From: Chiloscyllium plagiosum
Taxonomy: Eukaryota
Assembly (NCBI RefSeq): GCF_004010195.1
Contig: NC_057752.1
Span: forward strand, 2,707,004 to 2,761,017
Reading direction: 5' to 3'
Length of the DNA stretch: 54,014 nt
Shown in pieces: positions 25,045 through 36,235 of the stretch; positions within the stretch are counted from its first letter, which is position 1, and every line of letters starts with the position of its first letter. The notes below the pieces were generated by a model that searched no databases, was not told the DNA's origin, and was given only the letters and a program-made list of their open reading frames with translations. The position numbers and the translations under genes are program-made.

Positions 25045-25570
25045 TCTTTTTGGTCACTTATCTAAAACAAGATGTATTAGCATTGGTTACAGTCCAGAGA
25101 AGGCTTACTAGATTGATTCCAAGTATGGAGGGACTGTCTTATGAGGAGCGATTGAGTAGATTGGGCCTGTTCTCTTTGGAATTTAGAAGAATGAGAGATG
25201 AACTTATTGACATATACAAGATTCTTAGAAATTGACAGGGTAGATGTAGAAAGATTATTTCCCCTTGTGGAGAGTCTAGGACCAGAGGGCATAATGAGAT
25301 GTGGCATATTTAAGATAGAGATGAGGAGGAATTTCTTTTCTCAGGGAGTAGTGAATCTGTGGAATTCTTTACCACAGAGGGCTGTAGATGCTGGGCTATG
25401 TGGTATGTTCAAGGCTGAGACAGATTTTTAAGCAGTGAGGGAATCAAGGGTTATCGGGAAAAAGCAAGAAAGTGAAGTTGAGGATGATCAGAACAACCTT
25501 GATCTTATCGAATGGTGGAGCAGACTCGATGGGCTGAATGGCCTACTTCTGCTCTTACATCTTGTGGTCT
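25045..25570 (+). mobile_element. CR1 3' fragment
   Basis: VQRRLTRLIPSMEGLSYEERLSRLGLFSLEFRRMR (ORF 25020..25235) plus a CR1 3' UTR. Confidence 0.88.
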
Positions 25571-25900
25571 CCCACCCCCGCCAACTCCCTCCCCTCGTTC
25601 ATTCTTTGTCAAGATGCATGTATTCACTGACTGTGAGATCAAGTTCAAAACTCAAGCACTTAGTGACTGCCTAGTTGCCTAGCGACAAGTGACCAGGAAC
25701 AGCTTTGCGTCATTGGACTCCCTCCCTCATTCTTCTGGAGAGTTCTTACAAGAGATCCCTCACCCACCTCTGCTCTCCATGGCCTGCCCAAGGTAAAACT
25801 GATTCTATCAATTAATTCACCAGGTATGGTATTTATTGAGCTGGAAATGTGTTGCTGGAAAAGCGCAGCAGGTCAGGCAGCATCCAGGGAACAGGAGAAT

Positions 25901-26759
25901 NNNNNNNNNNNNNNNNNNNNNNNNNNNNNNNNNNNNNNNNNNNNNNNNNNNNNNNNNNNNNNNNNNNNNNNNNNNNNNNNNNNNNNNNNNNNNNNNNNNN
26001 NNNNNNNNNNNNNNNNNNNNNNNNNNNNNNNNNNNNNNNNNNNNNNNNNNNNNNNNNNNNNNNNNNNNNNNNNNNNNNNNNNNNNNNNNNNNNNNNNNNN
26101 NNNNNNNNNNNNNNNNNNNNNNNNNNNNNNNNNNNNNNNNNNNNNNNNNNNNNNNNNNNNNNNNNNNNNNNNNNNNNNNNNNNNNNNNNNNNNNNNNNNN
26201 NNNNNNNNNNNNNNNNNNNNNNNNNNNNNNNNNNNNNNNNNNNNNNNNNNNNNNNNNNNNNNNNNNNNNNNNNNNNNNNNNNNNNNNNNNNNNNNNNNNN
26301 NNNNNNNNNNNNNNNNNNNNNNNNNNNNNNNNNNNNNNNNNNNNNNNNNNNNNNNNNNNNNNNNNNNNNNNNNNNNNNNNNNNNNNNNNNNNNNNNNNNN
26401 NNNNNNNNNNNNNNNNNNNNNNNNNNNNNNNNNNNNNNNNNNNNNNNNNNNNNNNNNNNNNNNNNNNNNNNNNNNNNNNNNNNNNNNNNNNNNNNNNNNN
26501 NNNNNNNNNNNNNNNNNNNNNNNNNNNNNNNNNNNNNNNNNNNNNNNNNNNNNNNNNNNNNNNNNNNNNNNNNNNNNNNNNNNNNNNNNNNNNNNNNNNN
26601 NNNNNNNNNNNNNNNNNNNNNNNNNNNNNNNNNNNNNNNNNNNNNNNNNNNNNNNNNNNNNNNNNNNNNNNNNNNNNNNNNNNNNNNNNNNNNNNNNNNN
26701 NNNNNNNNNNNNNNNNNNNNNNNNNNNNNNNNNNNNNNNNNNNNNNNNNNNNNNNNNNN
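25901..26759. other. Assembly gap (N run)
   Basis: Continuous n characters. Confidence 1.
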
Positions 26760-26934
26760 TCGAATTCAGCACCGCCTTCCTAACCTGCAATCTTCTTCCC
26801 GCCCTCTCCGCCCCCACCCCAGTCTGATCTATCACCCTCACCTTGACCTCTTTCCACCTATCACATTTCCGACGCCCCTCCCCCAAGTCCCTCCTCCCTA
26901 CCTTTTATCTTAGCCTGCTGGACAAACTTTCCCC

Positions 26935-26970
26935 ATTCCTGAAGAAGGGCTTATGCCCGAAACGTCGATT
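26935..26970 (+). ncRNA. Minimal type I hammerhead ribozyme motif with intact core
   Basis: attc-CTGAAGA-a-gggc-ttat-gccc-GAAAC-GTC-gatt. All core nucleotides are present, stem II is perfect and the triplet is GUC. Stem I is weak. Confidence 0.75.
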
Positions 26971-27089
26971 CTCCTGTTCCCTGGATGCTGCCTGACCTGC
27001 TGCGCTTTTCCAGCAACACATTTCCAGCTCTGATCTCCAGCATCTGCAGACCTCACTTTCTCCTCATGGTATTTATTGACCCTCTCTAA

Positions 27090-27300
27090 ATTGCCCCTTG
27101 TGAAGATGGTGGTGAGCTGCCTTCTTGAACCACTGCACTCCGTATTCTGTAGGTTGACCCTTCATGCCATTGGGGAAGGACTTCCAGGATTTTGACTCAG
27201 TGATAGTGAAGGAACGGCAATATATTTCCAAGTCAGGATGGTGTGTGGCTTGGAGGGGAATTTGCAGGTAGTAGCGTTCCCATATATCTGCTCTCCATAC
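27090..27300 (-). mobile_element. 3' fragment of the LINE family at 45683-48330
   Basis: Clear similarity to 45720-45930 (tatatttccaagtcaggatggtg...ggcttggaggggaa). Other fragments lie at about 29690-30025 (-) and 41850-42240 (+). Confidence 0.8.
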
Positions 27301-28494
27301 TGTAATGAGAACTGGATGAACATCCTATCACATAGAACACCAGCCAAACCCAGCTGATATCTCTTTTCTTTCCATCCTTGATTTTGCACCCTCCCCTCAC
27401 ACTCACCATTGCAAACTCTTGGCCTACATTTGGGTCCCCATCTCTGGGCATGCAGGTTAAGATCCTGTGATGTTGCATTTGCCCGGATACCATTACATAT
27501 TATCAAATGTGCTGTTGGGGGTCCCAGAGATGTGAAATTGGATACCACCTTCAGCAGAAAAGATGTCATGACTTGACCTTGGGTTGCAGTCATCACTAAC
27601 AGAAGCTAGTGGTATTTCACCTCTGCCAGCAATTTCCTTTGTGTATTTGGTTTGCTTAGTTGATGCTTTCCAATCACACCCTTATCATCCTTTTGTAGTC
27701 ATAGGCAGTGTGTGTCACGGCTTCTGCCACAGCAATCATGTTATCTGAAGGGATAGATTGGGTATGAAGGTAAAAATTTGATGGGATTAATGGCTTTCTC
27801 TCAATTTCCTCCACTTCCAACATGGAGAGTATTCTCTAATTTCCTCTGCCCCTCCACCACACCAACGCCTTCACCCTGATAGTTAGCCACTGAGCCATAA
27901 ATAAGGCGGTCAGGCATTCATTGTTTCTTCATTGGACAATCTGGATTTCACCACATTGAAATACTGTAATTAAATATCTGAGCTTCCAAACAGATTGGGT
28001 GTTGGTGGTCATGACAATACTGGCATACAAAATTATGAAGTGTCAAGAGATTCTTGATGTCCTCCTCCAAAAGACTACAGGAATGAGCAATTAGTCTTCT
28101 GCTGAGTGGTTTAGTCACCAATACCTCAGCTCTTAGTGATGATGAATCTTGTGTTTTGCTCTGTGTGTCTGTTGCCATTTCTATGAGTTCACCGATCTGT
28201 AGTAGCAGCAGTCAAGTTCCATGATTATTTGAACTCATCGTATTGACAATCCACCATCGCTTGTCCTATAGCTATTTCTGTGTTTGTGCATGCGTGGGAG
28301 TGTGGGGTAACCCCCCCCCCCCCACCCCATTAGTCAACTCAGTTAGGAAGGTCTCAGGCTCCATCCTATATCAAGTCAATTTGAATGGTTGGCATGACAT
28401 GGAAATGTGGCAATTGGCTTCAGCAACTCTTGTTTGGCAGAGGAATGTCGAGAGGGTGATGGCAGGGAAGTGTTCATCTTGAACCTGCTCCAGA

Positions 28495-28865
28495 TGTGTG
28501 CACATGCGTGAGTGTGTGTATGTAAAAATATGTGTGCATGTGTGTCTGTGCACATGTGTGTACAAGTGAATTTTTTTTTGTTTGGGTATACATGTAACAA
28601 AAACAGAAATTGTTGGAGAAACTCAACCAGTCAGGCAGCATCTGTGGGAAGAGAAACAGAGTTAACCTTTTTGGATCCTGTGATCCTTCAGAACTGTCCA
28701 TGTATATGTTTATGTTTGGGTGTTTGTGTCTGTGTCTACGTGAATGTCTGTACATTTGAGAGAGTTTGCACAAATATGACTGTGAGTGTGTGTGTGTCTG
28801 TCTGTCTGGGTGTGATTGAGTGTAACTCTGTGTGTGCCTGTGTGAGTCTGTGCATTTGAGAGTGT
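28495..28865. repeat. Degenerate (TG)n-rich tract interrupted by a PLE terminal fragment (about 28595-28695, -)
   Basis: TG-rich text on both sides. The insert cagaaattgttggagaaactcaaccagtcaggcagcatc resembles the other PLE termini. Confidence 0.75.
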
Positions 28866-31863
28866 AGGGATGGACATCTGATGAGAACAGGAAATGGGGA
28901 GGGATCCATGCCACCAGTGAGCACAGAGGCAGATGATGATAAATTTTCACAGCAAGACACTGACTTGTCAGTGGCTTGGCAAAAATAGGCGCAGAGATGA
29001 GATGAGATTTTATTTTCAAAATGTAGAGGGTTGGTGCCACTTGGAATGTGCTGCCTGAATGCTGGGTGATGGAGGCAGGTTCAATACTAACTTGAAAGCA
29101 TGAACTGATAAAAGACATGCTTCCATTTACCTTGCTCGACTAGATTCCAATCCGTTCCAAAGAATGCACTATTCACTTGCGTAGTACAGATTATTTTAGG
29201 GGTGGCGCATTCCGATGTGAAAGGCACACCTTAATGACATTTGTATAAAATTCCTTCATCTGTTATTTCAATAGAGGCACAGTCCATTTCAAACAAGCAG
29301 CCTGATATACTTATGGGGAAGGAGTTTTGCACAAGCATGTTTGGTGAGCACAGACTAAAGATAACCCCTAGGTCATTTTGAACTGTAGCACTTCACCCTC
29401 ATCAGGGACTGCCTTTACGCTTTGAATACAAACCTTTCATGTCATGGTGCTGCAGAGACATCAGCGAATCAGTGATAACATGACAGTGTCCCATCGCTAG
29501 CACTCCACCAGTAGAGATTACTAGGTAGCTGTGCTGTCAGTGACTCAGAAAGCTGCCATGGGAAATGATGAAAAAAGCTTAACTTTTTGCCCGCAGTCAC
29601 AAGCTTTATTTAAGCATTTTGCACAGAGACATCTGGCTATTCAGAGAAGAAGGAACTGAGTTGATAACCATTCTCCGGATATGAGCTGGGCCAACATTTT
29701 ATTATCCATTCCTAGTTTCCCTTGAGAAGGTGGTGGTGAGCTGCCTTCTTGAATTGCTGCAGTCCATGTGCTGTAGGTAGACCCACAATGTCGTTAGGAA
29801 GGGAACTCCAGGATCTTGATCCAGCAACACTGAAGGAAAGACGATATATTTCCAAGTCAGGATGGGGAGTGGCTTGGAGGGAACTTGCGTGCGGTGGTGT
29901 TCCCTTGTATCTGTTGTCCTTGTCCTTCTAGATGGAAGTGTTCATGGGTTTGGAAGGTGCTGTCGAGGGATTCTTGGTGAGTTACTGCAGAGCATCTTGG
30001 AGGTGGTACGTACTGCTGTTACTGAGGGAATCCGGTTTCAAACTGAATCCAGTTTGGTCAGATCAGCTGAAATTCTTTCTTTGAATTGACAGAGTTAGAT
30101 TGGCTACTTTCTTTAGCCACATAAGAAGACAAAAGCACAGCTCACTAATAGCTTGGCTTAGAAGTGTTATGCGAGTGGATGTGGGAGTCAGAAGTGCAGT
30201 GTTTGTCACACACTTAGCATTTCAGGAAAAGATGTTAATTACAATGAGCAGAGAGTGGAAAATATCTGTTTTACTGAAGAAGTCAAGGGTGAGGGTTGGT
30301 TGGTTTGTCATAATCACAGGTTGGGCAGTGTGGGACTAGGGAAGATAAACGTAGAGCCAGATGTCTCAGGAGCGAAATCAGGAAACACATCTCCACACAG
30401 AGGGTGGTCGAAAATTGGAAACTCTTCTGCAAATGGCAGTTGATGCTAGATCAGTTATTCATTTTAAATTTAAGATGGATAGATCTTTGTTAGTCAAAGG
30501 TGTTAAGGAACATGGAGTAACAGTGACAAATGGAGTTAGGTCAGATCAGCCATGATGTCATTGAATGATAGGACAGGGTCAAGAGGCTGAATGGCCTCCT
30601 GCAGTTCCTATGGTGCCAGAATATGTTGACTTTTCTATATATCAAGGGGGCAATAGTGTCTGTCCCAGAGTAACAATTGTCTTCACCAGTTGTGATCCAA
30701 GGAGGCCCAAGGAGGGGCTATTTGCAGTCAGAGAATCATAGAATCAAAAGATTTACAGTACAGAAGGAGACCATTCTGTACCTGCTCCTTAAAGAGCTAC
30801 CCAGCTATTCCCATTCTTCAGCCCTGTCTCCGTATCCTTCCAAATTCATCCCTTTCAAATATGTATATATTCTCCCTCTTTTAAAGCCTCCTATGGAATC
30901 TGCCTCCACCACTCTCAGGCAGTGCATCTCCGAGTAAAGATGTTTCTCCTCATCTCACTCCTAGCTCTCTCACTGACGGTCTTGAAATTGTCACCCTTAG
31001 TTGCTGACAAAGCTATCAGTGGAAACAGAATATCCTTCTTTACCCTGTCAAAATTGTTCATAGTTTTGAACACCACAGTAAGATCATCTCTTAATCTTCT
31101 CTGCCTCAAGGAGAATAAGCCCAATTTCTCTAATCTTTTCTTGTATCTAAAATCCCTCATTCCTGGTATCATTCCAGTAAATTTCCTTTGAACTGTCTCC
31201 AGAACTTTAACAAACTTGTTGAAATAAGGTGCCCAGAACTGAACACAGTACTTCAAATGTGGACTGACTAATGATTTGTAGCGGTGTAGCATCACTTCCT
31301 TGCTTTTATGCTCTGTGCCTTTATTTATAAACACAAGGATCCTATAAGCCTTGTTAACAATTGTTTCAACTTGTCTGGGCCACCTGAAGATAAACATGAA
31401 TCCCGAGGTCCCTCTGCTCCTGTACTCCCCTCAAAGTTATACTATTGAGCCTGTATTATCCCTCCATGATTCTTCTAGCACAATGTATGACCTCACAATT
31501 CATCTGCACTAAGATTTAACTGCTAGGTGTCTGCATATTTAGTCAACTTGTCAATATCCCTCTGAAGTCGCTCAGCATTATGAAAATAATTCGGTGCTCT
31601 CCCTAACTTTGTGCCAGTGCACGTTTGAGATTGTGCCCTCAACTTCCAACCCCAAACCGTTTATATGAACCAGAGAAAGGAAGGGTCCAAACACCAACCC
31701 CTGGGAATCACCACTTTAAGACTAATTCCTAAACATTGGAACTTATTCACCAATCTGCCATGTGGCAATGCATCAAATGCTTTCTGAACATTCAAGGTGA
31801 GAGGTGAAAGGTTAAAGGAGGAAAAACGCGGAAAGTACTTCACACAGAGGGTGGTAGGTGCCT

Positions 31864-32282
31864 NNNNNNNNNNNNNNNNNNNNNNNNNNNNNNNNNNNNN
31901 NNNNNNNNNNNNNNNNNNNNNNNNNNNNNNNNNNNNNNNNNNNNNNNNNNNNNNNNNNNNNNNNNNNNNNNNNNNNNNNNNNNNNNNNNNNNNNNNNNNN
32001 NNNNNNNNNNNNNNNNNNNNNNNNNNNNNNNNNNNNNNNNNNNNNNNNNNNNNNNNNNNNNNNNNNNNNNNNNNNNNNNNNNNNNNNNNNNNNNNNNNNN
32101 NNNNNNNNNNNNNNNNNNNNNNNNNNNNNNNNNNNNNNNNNNNNNNNNNNNNNNNNNNNNNNNNNNNNNNNNNNNNNNNNNNNNNNNNNNNNNNNNNNNN
32201 NNNNNNNNNNNNNNNNNNNNNNNNNNNNNNNNNNNNNNNNNNNNNNNNNNNNNNNNNNNNNNNNNNNNNNNNNNNNNNNNNN
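31864..32282. other. Assembly gap (N run)
   Basis: Continuous n characters. Confidence 1.
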
Positions 32283-32625
32283 CTAGTTTCAAACTTCCAG
32301 CCCGCACTGTCCCCTTGACCTTTCCGGACTTGTCCGACCTGCCTAGCTCCTTTTCCACATATCCACTCCACCCTCTCCTCCCTGACCTATCACCTTCATC
32401 TCCTCCCTCACTCACCTATTGTACTCTATGCTACTTTCTCCCCACCCCAAGAACCCCACTCAAAAAGCTCACACCAGCACCCCCACCCTCTAGCTTATCT
32501 CTCCACGCTTCAGGCTCACTGCCTTTATTCCTGATGAAGGGCTTTTGCCCGAAACATTGATTTTGCTGCTCGTCGGATGCTGCCTGAATTGCTGTGCTCT
32601 TCCAGCACCACTGATCCAAAACCAT
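32283..32625 (+). mobile_element. PLE terminal repeat with hammerhead core
   Basis: Pyrimidine-rich UTR, then CTGATGA (32531-32537)-a-gggc-tttt-gccc-GAAAC-att, then ggatgctgcctgaattgctgtgctcttccagca as in the other PLE ends. Confidence 0.82.
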
Positions 32626-33499
32626 GTTGACTGTCTAGAATTAATTTATTTTTCTCTAAGCGTATATTTACATTATCTCGTATTATGGCCTCCATCAGTT
32701 TTCCCAGTATTGATGTCAAGCTGACAGGTCTGTAGTTTCCTGGGTTATCCTTTGCCCCTTTCTTAAACAACTGTGTCATATTTGCAATCCTCTGGGCCCC
32801 AGGGACTAATCCTCTATTTAGAGAGGCCTGGAAAATTTCTGTCAACTGCTTCCCAGATAATTCCCTTACCTCTCTCAGTAATCTAGGATGCACCCCATCT
32901 TGCCCTGGTGACTTCTGTACCAGGGTGCTGCCAGCTTATTAGCACCTCTTCTTTATTTATCACTAGATTGCTCAGATGCTCAAAACCCACGTTTTCACAT
33001 AGGCCATTGTCACCATCTTCGAATTTGATAAAAACAGAAGCAAAATATTCATTGAGAACCTTTGCCATATCCTTTGCTTCAGTGAGCAGACTACTCTACT
33101 TGTTCTTTATGGGCCCTACTCTATTCTTCACTAATCTTTTACTATTAACATGTTTGAAAAACATTTTGCTGTTTACTTTAGCACAGTTTACCATCCTTTC
33201 CTCATGCTTTCTCTTAGCCTTTTTTCCAGGCTTAGCCTCTCTCTTGCATTGAGATACTCTTCTCTGATTTTTATTGCTATTATTATTCCGGTATGCATCG
33301 TATGCCTCCTTTTTCTTCCCTATTTTCTCATCAATATTGTAGCCATCCGAGGTACCTAGCTTTGGATACCCTGTTTGCAGCTCTAGCCCTCAACTCACTA
33401 TTCAACAACTCTTGAAGTGTGTCTCAGGCTGGGATTTGGTGTAAGGAGAGGGAAATGAAACAGAGCAGGCAATAGAACAGATATTTTGCAATCATCCTG

Positions 33500-33732
33500 T
33501 TGAGAGATGTTGTTACACACCACTACAGCAGGTGGGACTTGAACTTGGGCCTTCTGGTTCAGAGACAGGGACAATACCAGTGTACCACAAGGCCCCTGCA
33601 GGGAAACAGAACAGATAATTTCAAATCAATCTGTTCAGAGATGTTACAGCACGCCTTTGGAGCAGGAGGAACTTGAACCCAGGCCTCCTGGTCAAAGGTA
33701 GAGACACTGCCACTGCACCACAAGAACCCTTG
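33500..33732 (-). mobile_element. Two tandem short tRNA-derived repeats
   Basis: Two related units on the minus strand read cttgtggt(a/g)ca(c/g)tgg...gttcaagt(c/t)cc. Single copies lie at about 36795-36895 (+) and 51375-51460 (-). Confidence 0.65.
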
Positions 33733-33849
33733 GGGACACAAAACATTTGTTAAAAGCAAAGTGTAAGCACCTGAAAATGTCCATTGAAGGCCCTGAAGAG
33801 TCTGGGTTTGAGGGCTGCAGCAAAAGAAGTCATGACAATATGAGATTAG

Positions 33850-36235
33850 TTACATAGAGATGGGATCCAGAGTAGGCCCTCAAGCCTGTTCCACCATGCA
33901 AACAGAGCATGACTGATTTTCTACTGCGATGCCACTTACCTGCATTATCGCCATACAACCTTAATTACCTTTAATATTGAGAAATGTATTGATCTGAGTC
34001 CTGAATGTACTCAATGACTGACCTTCCACTGTCCTTTGGGATAGAAAATTTCCAAAGATTCCCCCTCTCTAAGTGAAGAAATTCCTTTTCCTCATCTCAG
34101 TCACATTCTGGTTCTTGGCTTATTAGCCAGGAGAAACATACTATCCACATTCACCCAGTCGAACTGTGTAAGAACTTTGTAAGTTTCACTGAGGTCACCC
34201 TTCATTATTTGAAACTCTAGAGAATACAGGCCTGGTTTCCTCAATCCTGGCTCATAAAGCAAACCCACCATCCTAGGTGGGGTTAATCTAGTGAACCTCT
34301 GCTGCACTCCCTTTCTGGTTAGGACATGCTTCCTGAGGTAACAGAATCAAACCGGCACTCTGTACTCCAGGTGAGGTCTCACAAGGGTCCATACAACTGC
34401 AGCAACTTCTGTAGTCATGTTCCCTTGAAATAAATGCCACCATACCATTTGCCTTCTTAACTGCTTGCTCCCATTGAATGCTAACTTTTAGTGACTCATG
34501 ACTAGGCACACCCAGGTCCTTTTGGATACCTGCACTTTTCAACCTCTCATCATTCGAGAAATATTTTGCCTTTTTGTTGTTTATACCAAAGCAAATAACT
34601 TTGCAGTTATTCACATTATGCCATGTTCTTGCTATCAGTCTGTCTAAATCCTCTTGAAGCCTCCTTGCATCCTCCTCACGACTCACATTCATCCCGGTCT
34701 TGTGTCATCAGCAAAGGTTTGGAATATTATAACTAATTCCTTCCTACAAATCTTTGCTATAGCTCGCGGACAGCTGTGGCCCCAGCATTGATCCTTATGG
34801 TACAACACTTACAACAGCCTGTCACCATGAGAATAATGCATTTCTTCCTCCCCTCTGTTTTCTGCCAGATCTCAATCCAGAGCAGTATATAATCCCCAAT
34901 TCCATGCAATCTAATTTTGTTTACTAACCTGTGTGGGTCTTCAGAGAACACAATTACACCACATCCACTGGTTGATTATATTGGAGTACTTGTAACAATA
35001 AAATATGCCCTTGTCAAGCAGTCGCAGGTTGATGAGAACAAGTTTGACTTATTTTGGTAGCAGTGAAACCTCTTTTCGGAGGGATCTGCATCCGCATCAG
35101 TTTGGTGATATTGAGGAAGGGAAGGACAGCATCTTTCATCCACTAACACCATCCCCCCCCATGCCTTTTTCTCATCTCTGTTCTATCCTCATGCCCACCC
35201 ACTATTATCTTTGCTTTACTTATTGTTGTAAACCACATTTTGCAGTTCATAGATCATAAGCTGATTATCATTTGCTGCTGAAGTAGGCCTTCGGCCCCTC
35301 AGGCCTGTTCTGCTAGTAATAAGAGCATGGCTGATCCAATTGGGGTGCCAAGTCCTCTTTCCTGTCTGTCCCCCGAACCTTTCACTCCCTTGTTCATCAA
35401 AAATCTGTCTAACTCAGTCTTGAATATATTCAGTGACCCAATCTCAAGTGTCACATTTGCAGTCACCTGGGGGAGTGAATTCAACAGATTAACAACCATC
35501 TGAGACACAAAACACCCTTCCTTGTCTCAGTCTTAAATGGGAGAGCCTTGTCTTGAAGCTGTGACCTCTCCATCCACATTTTGGATTCCCTGGGAAAAGA
35601 TTCTGCAGTGTCTAATCTGTCAACCCCCCTCAGGTATGGTTCAATAAAGTTGCCCCTCATTCTTCTTAACTCCAAAAAGTATAAGCCAAACCTGCTCAAC
35701 CTTTCTTCACGATAAGCCCCTCATCCCAGGAATCAGCCAAGTTAGCCTTCTCTGAACTGTTAAATCATCAAATTATAAACAGTATTTAAGGGAGACTATA
35801 TTGACGTCCATGACACGGGACAGTTGGAGAGGGGGTGATTTGGGGGGAATGTGGAATATACACATCTTAATTTGCGCTCACTACGACTCAAGTAAGGTCT
35901 GATTGCACATAGAAAATGGGACCGGCAAAGCCATTCAATATAATGATGGCTGATCATCCAACTCAGTCCCTTGTTCCCACTTTGTCTCCATACCCTTTGA
36001 TCCCTTTAGCTCCTAAAAACCATATCTAACTCCTTCTTGAAAACATTCAATGTTTTGACCTTGGTAACTTTCTATGACAGAGAATTCCACAGGCTCCCCA
36101 CTCTCTGAGTGAAGACATTGCTCTTCATCCTAGTCCTAAATGGTCTACCCCGATCCTTAGACTATGACCCCTGGTTCTAGACTCCCTGGTCATTGAGGAA
36201 CATATTTGCTGCATTTGCCCTGTCTAGTCCTGTTG
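33850..36235 (-). mobile_element. Series of old CR1 3' fragments (about 33850-34950, 35250-35760 and 35905-36235)
   Basis: ORFs 34101..34307, 34288..34692 and 35481..35699 carry CR1 C-terminal motifs. Confidence 0.8.

Larger units (their letters stand above)
25840..27065 (+). mobile_element. Young Penelope-like insertion with an inverted terminal repeat, spanning an assembly gap
   Basis: 14-bp TSD ATGGTATTTATTGA at 25826-25839 and 27066-27079. 25838-25900 is the exact reverse complement of 26968-27030. Hammerhead core at 26939-26966. Confidence 0.9.
30730..33420 (-). mobile_element. CR1 LINE ORF2 (RT region to 3' UTR), interrupted at about 31790-32625
   Basis: ORFs 30915..31397 (LVSPHLKYCVQFWAP), 32525..32893 (FKKGAKDNPGNYRPVSLTS) and 32883..33068 (LNEYFASVF). 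Confidence 0.88.

Noticed and set aside
25826..26913. Long ORFs of 315-354 aa
   Set aside because: Artefacts of translating through the N gap. The same applies to the ORFs across 31864-32282.
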